A stretch of 63,984 nucleotides of DNA, filler included, from Octopus bimaculoides (GCF_001194135.2; 6 parts of 5 records of this genome joined end to end with filler, not necessarily neighbours in it), one strand, 5' to 3'. Counted from the first letter of the whole stretch, positions 24,041-37,769 are shown. Numbers and translations are program-made. Notes: a model not told the origin generated them from the sequence alone.

Positions 24041-24652
24041 GGTAACTTGAATGCGCATTATGTATGATTAATAAAATATTCAGAGAAATGTTTTTGATGA
24101 TTATTAATTATCAGCATTAATAACAGCATTAACAAACAAGAGGAAATTTCTCACCACAATCAACATCGCTCTGATCCTCCTCATCGTCACCAATCTTTCG
24201 AAACGTCATTATACACAGCATCAGCAGCTGTAGCAGCAATACCGCACGTCCTCCATCATCCACATCTTCGCATCATCATCAGTATCACGATGATATTTAC
24301 CAGAATCACTATCAAGCTCATTAAAACGGCCAATGCTACCGTCAAATTTATGGTGTACTACTATATTTGACTGCAACCGCTTACTACTATATATATATAT
24401 ATATATACAGTCTCCTTTACAGCCACACCGAATAATATATCAGTAGCAGTTAAAATGCAATTTCTATTAGGTTACCTCATTTAAATGGCTATGTAAACTT
24501 TGAATTGTTCCACACATATATACAGTGCAACTCTCGTCAACTCTATTTAAATTCAGCATTTCTCAAATAAAGATTCTTGAATTGTTTCCTTTTTTTATTC
24601 AAATGAATGCCAATTCCTCTAGTACTTGGTCAGTTAATTATCTCTGGTATTT

Positions 24653-24684
<32 letters not shown>

Positions 24685-25587
24685 ACTTTCCATCACCCCT
24701 CTTCAATTTCCTCTTCTTCATCAACCTGCTCGGCCACCACAAAAACCACCACTACTACTACTGCTGCTGCTGCTCCTCCTCCTCCTACTACTACTACATC
24801 GTTATCATTTTTATAATCGTAACCAATTTTTTCCTCTCCACCCCTTTGTACTCCTTTTTAATCTCTTATTTCTCCCATGATTTCCTTTAATTCCAACTTA
24901 ATTATTCTTCTCTTGACTTTATATTTCCATCTTCTTTATGTTCTTCATAGACTTTATATTCAATATTATTTTCTGATGTCTTTGCAACATAGTTTAGGAA
25001 AAATATTCTACTTGGTATTTTCTTCTTCGAATATCAGCATTTCTTTGTACTTTCTTCTATCGAAAAATTAAAATCTTAAACTATAGTTGTCTAATTACTA
25101 ATAATATGTATCTATCTATCTATCTATCTATCTANNNNNNNNNNNNNNNNNNNNNNNNNNNNNNNNNNNNNNNNNNNNNNNNNNNNNNNNNNNNNNNNNN
25201 NNNNNNNNNNNNNNNNNNNNNNNNNNNNNNNNNNNNNNNNNNNNNNNNNNNNNNNNNNNNNNNNNNNNNNNNNNNNNNNNNNNNNNNNNNNNNNNNNNNN
25301 NNNNNNNNNNNNNNNNNNNNNNNNNNNNNNNNNNNNNNNNNNNNNNNNNNNNNNNNNNNNNNNNNNNNNNNNNNNNNNNNNNNNNNNNNNNNNNNNNNNN
25401 NNNNNNNNNNNNNNNNNNNNNNNNNNNNNNNNNNNNNNNNNNNNNNNNNNNNNNNNNNNNNNNNNNNNNNNNNNNNNNNNNNNNNNNNNNNNAGATTCAA
25501 GATTGAATATGGTACTTATGCGTAGGCACCAGAATATCGTATGGTATGGTATTATACAAAAACCATTCCAAAAGGATAGGTGATCAA

Positions 25588-27496
25588 AAATTAAAAATAA
25601 GCAACACGGATTTCAAAGATGATTGCAGTACGCACGTTTCATGCTACCCCATGTATTTAAGTAATGCGAGCATTACATTAAATGCAATATGAAGAGCAAT
25701 CTTCAGCTGCACGAAAATGCAGAAAATAACAGTAGAATAGACATATTATAATTGTGGCAACATTTCAAATCCAAGTGGGTGGAATACAGGCTAGTAATTG
25801 ATTCTAGACAAAAGTTCTAACTGTCTCTGATTTTTTGTCTCTTATCTAGTGGTGATAGCATAAAGGACAATTACTTCTAAGGAAAGGGAAGGTGTATGCA
25901 TGGACAAGGCTATAAATGAATTAGATTATAAAGGTTTCCCTCGTCAGAGTCTTACCTGGTCATTTTACTACTATCAAAATGTTGAGGAATTAAAACGCTA
26001 AGTATATGGGTCAAATAGTTTTTCTTTCTTTTAGTCTGAATAGAGTATCAGTATAGTTATACAGACAACAATATTAGTTTAACCAATATTTTCACAATAA
26101 GAGGTATGTTAATAAAATAAATAAAAAGAGATGTAATTATTCTATACAAAAATCATGAAATAATGTCAGTATTGAATTCAGGGGCGATAGGTGGGGTGTA
26201 AAGTTTAAGGAGATTAGGATTATTTCTAAGTTAAAAAATTTCATATATTTCCATAGAACACAATTCACATCCATATCTACTATTTCTATAAGGTTAGAAA
26301 TGATCTTAGAAATAAACTTAGAAATAATCCTAATCTAATCAATAATAGATTAGACCTTAGGGTATCATGTGTACACTGCTCTACTCGCACTATTAATTTT
26401 TTTTTAAAATAGGTCTTTATAATGTAACTAAAGTTATCAAATTATAATACTTTACTTCTACCATGGTCATCTAGGGCTATCAATAAGCACATAATTTTAA
26501 ATTGATAATTGAACCTTTATAACATATATTCCTGATCTCTCACCTTAACACTTAATCTATTTAAATCAATCATCAGGTTCCTGAATTGAATATCCTTGTT
26601 ATTTCCTAGCATCTTTTCTTTTTTCAGTCCCTTAAACCTTTGTAAACACATTATTATAAACTAATATAAATCCGATAATCATTTTTTATTCTCAATATAA
26701 AAATAAAGCTCACCTATGTGTCTCCTAAATAGTATCTTTATTTTATTTTCAGCCATAATTTTTTTTTTTTTTAAGATAATTCAAAATAGTTCTCATGAAC
26801 CCAATATACCTAATATCCTTAAACTTTACACCCCTCCTATAGCCCCTGAATTCAATACTGACATTATTTCATGATTTTTGTATAAAATAATTACATCTCT
26901 TTTTATTTATTTTAACATACCTCTTATTGTGAAAATATTGGTTAAACTAATATTGTTGTCTGTATAACTATACTATACTCTATTCAGACTAAAAGAAAAA
27001 AAAAACCTATTTGACCCATATACCTAGGGTTTTAATTCCTCAACATTTTGATAGTAGTAAAATGACCTGGTAAGACTCTGACGAGGGAAACCTTTATAAT
27101 ATAATTCATTTATAGCCTTGTCCATGAATACACCTTCCCTTTCCTTAGAAGTAATTGTCCCTTATGCTATCACCGCTAGATAAGAGACAAACAATCAGAG
27201 ACAGTTAGAACTTTTGTCTAGAATCAATTCCTAGCCTCATAGACTCGGCAATGTAAAGATGGATTCATGTATTCCTCCCACTTGGATTTTTATGTATTCT
27301 TTCTCCCACTTGGATTTGAAATGTTGCCACAATTATAATATGTCTATTCTACTGTTATTTTCTGCATTTTCGTGCAGCTGAAGATTGCTCTTCATATTGC
27401 ATTTAAAGTAATGCTCGCATTACTTAAATAAACGGGGTCGCATGAAACGTGCGTACTGCAATCATCTTTGAAATCCGTGTTGTTTATTTTGAATTT
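25588..27496. repeat. Long inverted repeat: arms 25588-26218 and 26809-27496, ~590-bp spacer
   Basis: Arms align end to end as reverse complements (e.g. caacacggatttcaaagatgattgcagtacgcacgtttcatgc / gcatgaaacgtgcgtactgcaatcatctttgaaatccgtgttg). The right arm has an extra ~55 nt around 27240-27295. Confidence 0.95.
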
Positions 27497-27654
27497 ATAT
27501 ANNNNNNNNNNNNNNNNNNNNNNNNNNNNNNNNNNNNNNNNNNNNNNNNNNNNNNNNNNNNNNNNNNNNNNNNNNNNNNNNNNNNNNNNNNNNNNNNNNN
27601 NNNNNNNNNNNNNNNNNNNNNNNNNNNNNNNNNNNNNNNNNNNNNNNNNNNNNN

Positions 27655-27693
<39 letters not shown>

Positions 27694-27748
27694 ATTTATA
27701 TAAATTTAGTAAATGGAGTAAAACGCATATGTTAACTGTATACTTTTA

Positions 27749-27836
27749 TTTCCAACATATGTTTCGAAGATTACAAATTATACCATCCATAGGAATAGGT
27801 GATGTTGATAAGAATGTAATCTTCACTTCAGGGAAA
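27749..27836 (-). ncRNA. Type I hammerhead ribozyme fold with long stem II and core CUGAAGU
   Basis: Minus strand: TTTCC-CTGAAGT-GAAGATTACA(39-nt loop)TGTAATCTTC-GAAAC-ATAT-GTT-GGAAA. Stem I 5-6 bp, stem II 10 bp perfect, palindromic ACATATGT stem III, AATAAA at the 3' end. Lies just 3' of a PLE RT fragment on the same strand. Confidence 0.7.
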
Positions 27837-27889
27837 TGCATGGGAACCAGCTTAAACGTAAGCCATTTTAACCGAATATGAGAACTTAA

Positions 27890-28200
27890 TTAACAACCTT
27901 CTCCAACTACAGTTGTATGGGGTGGATAGGACGATTTAAAATTCAGGTATTGGTGTGTATCTATGTCTTTATAATATATATCTGTGATAATGGCGGTGTT
28001 CTTTTTAACTACCATTATATCTAGAAATGGTAATTCGGTACTGCTCATCTCCTTTGTAAATTGGATGGATGGTTGTAGGTTGTTCAGGAGGATGTTGAAT
28101 TCTTCCACAGTGTTTTGAGATTTTGTCCAGATTATAAAGCAATCGTCAAGGTATCTCTTCCATGCTTTTTCAATATACTTCCTAAATTCTGTGTTACCAG
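27890..28200 (-). mobile_element. Penelope-like element reverse transcriptase fragment
   Basis: WKRYLDDCFIIW..FNILLNNLQPSIQFTKEMSSTELPFLDIMVVKK..TDIYYKDIDTHQYLNFKSSYPPH. YxDD catalytic motif plus the PLE-typical LPFLD and QYL.F.S.HP-like motifs. Confidence 0.9.
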
Positions 28201-28214
28201 GAAATAGAAGAGAG

Positions 28215-28290
28215 ACAAACACTAATACATATGTTGTCTACACCACCTGTATTCGTCTTTTTTCTCTTTGTGAATGCTCCCTGTATACAT
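28215..28290 (+). mobile_element. PLE terminal segment, inverted relative to the adjacent RT
   Basis: ctaatacatatgttgtctacaccacctgtattcgtcttt..ctccc matches 12608-12680. Confidence 0.55.
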
Positions 28291-29202
28291 ACATATATAT
28301 ATATATATATATGTGTGTGTATTTTTGCGTGTGTGTATATATACACACACAAACACACTCACTCTCTCTCTCTCTCTATCTCTCTCTCTCACACACACAT
28401 ACCCACACAAGCACACACACACACACACACACACATACACACACACAAACACATATATATATATATTAAAATTCGTTCTAGATAGATTCATAGGGCTGGA
28501 TCAGTTTTTGACTTTGGAGACACTGAACAACTACGAAATATGTTCGTGCTCCAATTCCCTTTAAAACGGGGATTTGTGTGTGTTATGTACACATCGAATA
28601 CAAGGAAGAATCGCCCGCTGACGAGAAAAAGCCACATTAATCATCTTCATGTTTGCTAGAAGTATTTCAGAGTATATGGACATATTAACGTTTCTACTTT
28701 TCTTGTTCTGCTTGAACCTCACCTATTATTATTTTTTGCCAGACATCACTACGCATTAGCAAACAATGTTTTGCTGACATTTATTAGCACGTACTTGTAA
28801 TTATTCTGTTGCATTCATCTGTGCATGTAGCTTTTACGATGGAGATTTGCGGTGTCACAGAGTTCCTCTACACTGGTGAATATTGTGCTTTAAACATACA
28901 TTATCTATAGGGAATACATTCTCTCTTACAGTGCAATTTAACAATTTCAGATAAACACGTTAGAATCTACCAGCACATAAGCGGAATGAAAATATACGTA
29001 GTTGCTTTGATTCTTGCTCGAATTATAATGTGTGTGGCACAGATCAGCGCTCACACCAGGAAATGATCTGTGCGATGATTTCCAAAAAAAAACAGGAAAG
29101 TGCACTCTTCTTAGATTTATTAGGCTTGCATAGCTTTGACTGAGACACACTCAATAAAGTGTCTCAAAGTTACAGCACAGTAGTGGACCACGTGTACAAT
29201 GA

Positions 29203-29252
29203 GTACTTACACTTGCATGACTTAAGCTTTGAGACAAGCATATGACTACTGG
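29203..29252 (-). pseudogene. Isolated 50-nt fragment of the 18S rRNA 5' end
   Basis: Minus strand CCAGTAGTCATATGCTTGTCTCAAAGCTTAAGTCATGCAAGTGTAAGTAC versus typical invertebrate 18S CCAGTAGTCATATGCTTGTCTCAAAGATTAAGCCATGCATGTCTAAGTAC (recalled): 46/50, first 26 nt identical. Flanks are not rDNA. Confidence 0.8.
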
Positions 29253-29644
29253 ATAACATCCTTAAGGGAGAGGATGCTAACCGATGATATAAAAGAACAG
29301 CGATTTTATATTCATGTTTAAATTATCAGAATGTGTCCAGAATTAAAACGCACTTTATTGTTTGGGTTCTGGTTGGTTTAGGTGAATCTCCTGCATTATA
29401 AAAGTCCCTTGTTTCTTTATGAATAGAAACAATAAACGAAAAATGTGTTCTCTAATAAATTTTGTAGAGGCGATATACGATTGTCACAAATAATACATAC
29501 AAATAGCAGTTGTATATGCGTGCATGTCTGTGTTGGTAAATGTTTGTGCGCGCTTGTGGGAGAACGGTATGTGTGTGTGTGTGCGAGCGCGTATGTATGT
29601 GTACGTGGGTTCATGTATGCGTGTGTGTGTGTGGGGGGGGGGAA

Positions 29645-29800
29645 TTTTGTATCTGTGTGTTCCGTTCCCGAAGCTTGATAACTAGTGTTGATGTGTTTAC
29701 AGCCTTCTAATATAACGATTCTTCCAAAGTGGCTGTTATAAAGGCGGTGTCCAAGCCTGGGCGAAGTCTAACGAATGAAATAAGCAAAATAAATAATGAA
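29645..29800 (+). mobile_element. Diverged SINE family B 3' half
   Basis: gcttgataactagtgttgatgtgtttac..aaaggcggtgtccaagcctggg..tgaaataagcaaaata resembles family B tails. Confidence 0.5.
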
Positions 29801-30059
29801 TAAATATATATGTCCAATATATCTGTAGGGAACTCTACAAAATGAATGCCATTTCTAAAATAAGAGCATTACTAACGTACTGCAAATAATGTGGAGATTA
29901 ATTTCAAGCTCACCAAGTGCTCGTATTAAATCTGTATTTTAAATCGTAATGAGCTTTAATAATAATAAATTCGTATACTATTGTTTGCATTCTATTTAAC
30001 ATATCATTGCAGTCGAAATTTAATGTACAGAAACATGTATATATCTGTGTATGTGTGTG

Positions 30060-30117
<58 letters not shown>

Positions 30118-30973
30118 CACATATATGTGATGCTCATTTTGATTAGAATAAGCAGGTTTTCCACGGTGCAAAATGAATTCCGGCTAATGAATCGATCCTA
30201 CGATCAGCTTCTGACTGTACCACCTTACATAGAAGGTCACACACATACACATATTTGTACGCGCGCGCGTGTATAGAATTGCAACTGATTTTCGAATATT
30301 TAAATATTTGCGTGTATTTATGGATGTCTGCGTGTAAGTTGCTTTCTTCCCTTCTGTATCCCTAGTTTCCTTTCATGATTGTATATTTTTTGAAGTATGT
30401 ATAAGGCTCTAATGAGATTTTAAGTTAGTTGCGAAAAATAACAACAACAAAGGAGAACAACAGTGAAGCTTAAATAGATTGACACTGCTCTGATTAGCTG
30501 ATTGATTAATTGATTCATATCTGAACAACAATAAGAAAGTTAAGGGTTATTTTATTAATGATCTTTATTGATATGTCGCATTTTTTTTTAAAGGATAAAT
30601 ATTTCTGTAGATGAAATCTAATTTTGTTTTGAGGATATTATTATAAATGTAATCATAGCGTGCCACAATCTGTTTGATTCAAATTAGGAGCTTTGTTCCC
30701 ATTTTGATATTTCGTGCTTGTATGTCCTAATCATTATCTATCTACAGACTTCGTCTGAAATGAACAGTTCTGTTTAGATCATATCTAACACACAATCACC
30801 TACATCAATGTGAGTCTTTGTATGTGAATTGAAGCAGACAATACACATAGCGATAAGATAGTTTGCGCAGCAGATTCAAACACGAATCGATAACTTACTT
30901 TTAAGTAAACATTTATAAATGCTCAAACGCAGAGACAAACACAGACATTATACATATAAATTCACACACATTT

Positions 30974-31008
<35 letters not shown>

Positions 31009-31015
31009 TACACAC

Positions 31016-31046
<31 letters not shown>

Positions 31047-32086
31047 CAGACATACACACACATACATACACACACACACACACATTTCTTTTTATATACA
31101 TAAAGGAATATACACATACTTATATATTTTCATATAGATATAGGTTTACATAATCAGTTTATATAAAGTAGGGTTCCTATTAATATTATATACTTCCTCA
31201 TGTGAATCTTGCATTATTACTACAATATATCCATTTTTATAGATCCACTTAACATAAAATTGTGTTTAAATAACATTGAATTTTCACAACCGTTAGGAAT
31301 ATATGGAAAATACATAATCAAAATTATCATATAACACCAATTTAGGAACACTATTTCATCGGCTGAAAAATTCCTCTACTTTTGCAACTATTTTCTCAAC
31401 GGTAATGCCTAACAGGGACAACAAATATTACATAACACGTCACTATAATTCCCACATTTTTATCGCATTGGACTCGCTGGACGGGAATATACAATGTAAC
31501 ATGTTTGAAATGATAGGGTGTCATGGAAAATCTATTTAGCATTCATCCGTGAATCGTCAAAAAATGATATTAGTCTCGATGATACAAGGAATGAAAAAAA
31601 AAACAATGTTGAAGAGTTAAATGGCAATAAGTAACATGAAGATTCAGTTCTAATGAAAACAATATTTTTCAACGATTTTGATGCGGTGATAAACAATGGA
31701 GGGCGTCTCCTAAATATTAGTTTTAAGTTTTGTTGGTCGCTCCAATTGAATTCATTCTCCAATCAATAGTTTACATGGAGTTTTTCTAAGATTTTAAATA
31801 TTGCGGTTTATATCACAGATTCATACACTGTGAAGTAGAGGTGTCGTCGCCAAAGTATAATCATGTAAATTAACATAACTATTAATGTGATAGCTTTCTA
31901 GAGTGTAGAGTAAAGTGAGATGTGTATTCTCTGAACATTAATCCAAATATAGTCACCCGATCAGTAGTATAGAGATAATATATTTAGAGTTTTATTTTGA
32001 TTGCAGTTAGATATTTTAGTATTTAAATGTATTTCACTTTTAACTTTACGTTATATTATGCATTATATGTACATAATATCACACGA

Positions 32087-32121
<35 letters not shown>

Positions 32122-32878
32122 NNNNNNNNNNNNNNNNNNNNNNNNNNNNNNNNNNNNNNNNNNNNNATATATACTACACCGATGATTCTGCTCCTCAGCC
32201 TATTGGAAACAAATCATATCCAGCCAATGCTCTAAAGTAATCTTTTTAAATCTTTATTCAAACTTAAATTTATGTAGATATCTACGAAGATGGAATTCAG
32301 GGGATTGCAACGATGGAATGAAACCTTCGCCTTGATATATTAGTTTTTACTCGGAGTAACATAGTTAGCTTTCATTTATTTGAAACGTAAATGTTTAGAA
32401 TATATACACATACACACGAACGCATGCACATACACACACACCAGGCACACACAAGCACAAACATGCACTCATACACATGAACACACACTTGTATTTATAT
32501 ACATATATGTTAGAGATTGTGTATCACTTTTAATGGTTTACACTTTCTTTCTCCTTTCTCATACAATTTAACTTATTTTAACTCGGATCAATATACAAGG
32601 TTTACAGCTACCACTAAAGATGAGCTGAAGAAAAAGCAACGTTGAAAAGATTGTATTGTGATACAGGTTGTTAAAAATATTACATAAAATTAAAAAAAAA
32701 ACAACTAAATAGAATGATTCTGTGTTGTTAGTGGTATACTTTCTTCCCAGTTATCTCTCAGTAGAAAATGTATTGAATATCATAGTTGTAAACTCCCGAT
32801 CATTTACAAAATTCCTCTTTATTGCATCTCTGCAGTACACAATAATTGGTTCATTAAACTCAACATACATGGCATGAG

Positions 32879-32913
<35 letters not shown>

Positions 32914-34066
32914 ATGGAAATAGAAATAGATGAAACGCATAGAGATAAACCTTTTTCAAAGAATGATTGAGCAAAAAGTATATTATGTTGCAAACATAAA
33001 ATAGTATTTCACCAAATAGTCGAGTCCATATATATTCTGTACTAGTGAGTTATTTTGTTTCACATATTTGTATTACTTTATATTGCTTCTTAAATTCTAG
33101 CTCCGTATGAAAGTAAAAACACTCTCTAAATAAAATAGTACATTTTGTTTGAAAAGAGAAACCTTGAAGGTTTCTGCGAAATGCAGATAATTATAGGAAT
33201 TAGCTACTGATTGACTGCAGTTTCACAACCTCGCACACTTTACTATTGTTACAAGTATGAGGAAAGTAAACATTTTCAAGTAATTGAATTTGGATTTAGT
33301 AGACTGTAATAGTAGATAAGCTTTCAAGATGTAGAATATTAATGAAGTGAAAGTTAGTTTCGTCACTAATTGCAAGAAAATAACAGTAAAAATTCAAACG
33401 ATACAAAAACAAATTTAACGATCCGCTTTCAAAACACAAGAGTCTCTGCGCGTCTAGTTAGTTGACTCTTACTTGAACAGTACCTCATTAAACAAAGCAT
33501 TGTAGAGACATGTACGTTGATATTATTGTAGGAATGTACTTAAAGATGTACAAGATTATAAATGTTTCACGTATGGTAAATTTTATACGCCTAGTTATTA
33601 ACTAGATATCAGATGTCAATGGCATGAACTCCATATGTCCTTCATCTATATTTATATATATATATTCAAACAATGTTGTGTATGCACACAAAACACAAAC
33701 GCACGCACGTAGGTACACAAAGACACAGACATACACGCAAACACATACGCACAAACACACACACTTACATACAGATATATATATACATATGTTATGATTT
33801 CCTGTAGGCAAATCGACGCTAATAACTAGTAGGTGAAGGTCATTTTACATATACTTTCGAATAAGCAATTAAACAAGAGCAGAGCGAAATTTCGAATATA
33901 ATGAATAATAAAAAAGTAAGAGTAGCGTAATCTTTTCCATTAGGTATAGCTGTTTCTGCTGAGTGAGCATCCAGCTCTCACGGCAAGAATCTTATTACAG
34001 AAACAGTTGTTAGAAATTGTATTTAGGCACCTTACGTTAAATTTCTCATACACATAAGGAATGAAG

Positions 34067-34134
<68 letters not shown>

Positions 34135-35102
34135 ATCATGGACGGACGGTAGACACATCGGCTCCCATGTAAGTTGCATTTTTCACCTCTTAAAAGACCT
34201 ATTTTGTTTTAAAATTTTGTATAAGTTGTGTATAACACAAAATACTTCGTGAACATATATTTTTCAAATCGGAAATAGCTCTATTTAGAGCCTTATTTCC
34301 AAAAATGCAAACATATCTTCCTCGTTCCTAGCCATATTCTTTAAAACGAATATGGCTAAGGTTTTCNNNNNNNNNNNNNNNNNNNNNNNNNNNNNNNNNN
34401 NNNNNNNNNNTTAATTAATTAANNNNNNNNNNNNNNNNNNNNNNNNNNNNNNNNNNNNNNNNNNNNACACATATATATATATATATATATGCACGGGTAC
34501 ATGCATATATACAAACGTATACGCCTACTTACATATACATGCGTGGTGTGCACAAACGAACAGCAATATGCACCCGTGATAAAAAAAAAAACTAAATATA
34601 TCGTTTCTTGTAAACTAAATGTTTCACGGTACGAAAACTCACGCAATATATCATTTCTTTATAAAATGACAACATATATCTGACGATGCTTATTTGGGAT
34701 CTTCATGTGACCGTTAATATAAGCGGCAAACTTAGGAAACTTCGGCGCCAAAGTCCAAAATATTATGCTTTGTGTTGGTTAGAGATTTGCAATTCAGACA
34801 TAATATTAGAACGTGCAATACTTATGTATCAATATTAAGCTTTATCAGTATTTGTGTATAATAAATGTATGATTAAATGACTAAATAATTACATAGGCGT
34901 GGCTGCATTACGTCTCTATATTCACACATGAATATATATATATATATAAGACTCTCCTGAACTGTTATATGGATACTTGAAAATATAGCGAATGCATGTA
35001 TGAGAATTATATATTTATATATACATACTCACATGTGCGATATCAGATATCAGAACATGTTGATATGCACACGTACCTACATAAAAACTTCGCAGACATT
35101 TA

Positions 35103-35195
<93 letters not shown>

Positions 35196-35638
35196 GATAT
35201 ATATGTAATTTATATATTAATATAAAAGGTAGTTTGCAATGTTTGAACGAAAAAGTAGAATTACTAATATCACTAAATGCGTCTAGTGTGTTACAAAACC
35301 CACATAGCTAGAAATAAGAGTTAAGCTGTTCTAATGCTGCAGTTAACGCACAGGAACGAAAACGTAGGCACTTACAGGAACCATAATCTTCCGAGAAGTG
35401 CCGATCGAAAGTTCTTGATATTGACCTGTCAGTTTCGAAAATTTGAAGCGATCACAAAAAATGTATAACATTGTATATCGATTGATCTCTGAGCTATTGA
35501 AATATTTAGCTACTCGCGTTCGATTTTCATAGGGGCTGAGATATTCGCCAGAATAGATTTATGCAGTCCATATTTGCATTCATTTATGTACATGCATACA
35601 TACATACATACATACATGCATGCATGCATACATACGCA

Positions 35639-35665
35639 CAGTCGTGGACAAAAGTTTGGGACATA
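35639..35665 (+). mobile_element. Single Tc1-like terminal inverted repeat
   Basis: cagtcgtggacaaaagtttgggaca has a Tc1-type CAGT start. No partner end found. Confidence 0.3.
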
Positions 35666-36480
35666 GGTCTGAATATATACAATTTTTATATTAAATGCCA
35701 GTATTTATTTAAATCGAATTGTAATTGGGCATAACCGATTTGATTCTAAAATCATATTCCTCGACCGTATAGACATACATACATATGTGTATGCATATTT
35801 TTATGTGTGAATGTATATACTTATGTATCTATATGCTTTCCTTTACCACTCATAAGAGAGGAATACTTCCATCATTGAATGTCAGACGTTTTGTCAATGC
35901 TAATGAACGCTAATCTTATTTGCATGATTTCATTGCTAAATATTTGCAGAATACGCTCAATGCATATTACGACGTTTTACGAATAAATGATCGCTCGGTC
36001 AGAGCATAGACCTGTTTGTGTCAAAAGTGCGCTTCTGTTCTATTTACAACAATTATATGACCCGTAAAAGATAAAATCATCTACTCGTTATAGGTAGAAC
36101 GAATGACGGTCGGTTTCTTTTACAGATCTAAATGTAGATAAGTATACAGTAGGTTAAGACGTAACTGCCTGAAGAAAAAACTACAAACCAGAATCTAAAT
36201 CATATAAGTGTGAAAAGCAGAAGGCACACAAAACTAGTATCTTCAACGCATACTTTATTCTATAATGGTAGAGAGAGGTTAGCTCAGACCCTCTGTTTAA
36301 TTCGCCATAATCAAAAGTTAACAAAAGATAGCATGCTCACAAAAGAATTTGTATAACTTTCTGAATGTTAACATACAGGGAAGTATATTCGGTTTAGGAG
36401 CACTTGCAAGCTCTCTATATATAGCGAACTATAAAATATTGCTTCATTGATCGTTGTTACAAATGATTACACGGTGCAAC

Positions 36481-36690
36481 TATGAGGAAGTGTTGAAAAG
36501 TTCCTGACTGTAATGGTATCACGAAAGGCCCAAAAATCCGAGTTCTTTTAAAAGATTTAGAACAGCTTAAGGATCGCTGTAATAACATTGTGTATCTGAG
36601 AAGGGAATATGTTGAATAAAATCATAATTAACTGATCGTCCTGTATCTTCTTTTAACCAAATCCAGGAGCTTTTTCAGCATCACTTCGTA
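36481..36690 (+). mobile_element. Mariner-derived MITE
   Basis: TIRs tatgaggaagtgttgaaaagttcctg / caggagctttttcagcatcacttcgta. Internal KDLEQLKDRCNNIVYLRREYVE* resembles a mariner C-terminus. The same TIR begins at 52771. Confidence 0.75.
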
Positions 36691-37446
36691 TATCTACTCT
36701 GTTGAAGGGGCTAACAGTAAACAAACGATATACTCTGTAATTGATATGGTACGAAGAGATTATAATCGTATGGTACATCAAGTGCAGGAAGGCGTGGGAT
36801 GCTAACAGAAGGGATATTGCTCTCATAATCCTTGTTGATACAAATTGTCAAACGTTGGGCACAAATGTAATGTCCCTTGACATTATTCCATCGAAGGGCT
36901 TGCGTTTAGAGTGATTAGATAGGAATTATTTACATAAAAGATTAATAAATTTTATAGCTGTATTGGATGACAAATTAAAACTAAACGAACAGGAAAAACC
37001 AAATATTTTTTCAAAATTATTTTTTTCTAATTTCTAGCTGAATATATAGCATTTTCGTTGATTTTTTTTTATCTTCTGCTTTTTTCGCATCATTAAAATG
37101 CTCCGCAGTACTGTAAAAAGATTAGTTGTCTGAAGATATATCTTTACGGCAGTTATGTTAGTCCTAATTGTAATCTTTAAAGTAAATAATTGAAAGAGTC
37201 TATCAACTTTTGTAAGCTCTTCTAAATTGTGGCCGTTTATTATATAGTGAGAAATAATTAAATCATTCTTTCTGTTTAAACCTATTTCCAAAGATTTCTT
37301 TTTCCGAAATGAGTCTAGAGTGTGTGTATATATGTATGTAAGTATATNNNNNNNNNNNNNNNNNNNNNNNNNNNNNNNNNNNNNNNNNNNNNNNNNNNNN
37401 NNNNNNNNNNNNNNNNNNNNNNNNNNNNNNNNNNNNNNNNNNNNNN

Positions 37447-37484
<38 letters not shown>

Positions 37485-37615
37485 GGGTGTTTGTATATCT
37501 ATGTGTATATCTACTTATCTATCTATGTCTACCTACCTATCTATCTATCTATCTATCTACCTACCTACCTACCTACCTACCTACCTACCTATCTAATTAT
37601 CTATCTATCGCTCTC

Positions 37616-37728
<113 letters not shown>

Positions 37729-37769
37729 GCATGTATGTAAATACATTCAAATCTAATAGCTGATATATT

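Noticed and set aside
27078-27095. CTGACGAGGGAAAC core-like motif in the inverted repeat (a similar string at ~21929)
   Set aside because: No stem II and no stem I/III pairing, so it cannot fold as a hammerhead.
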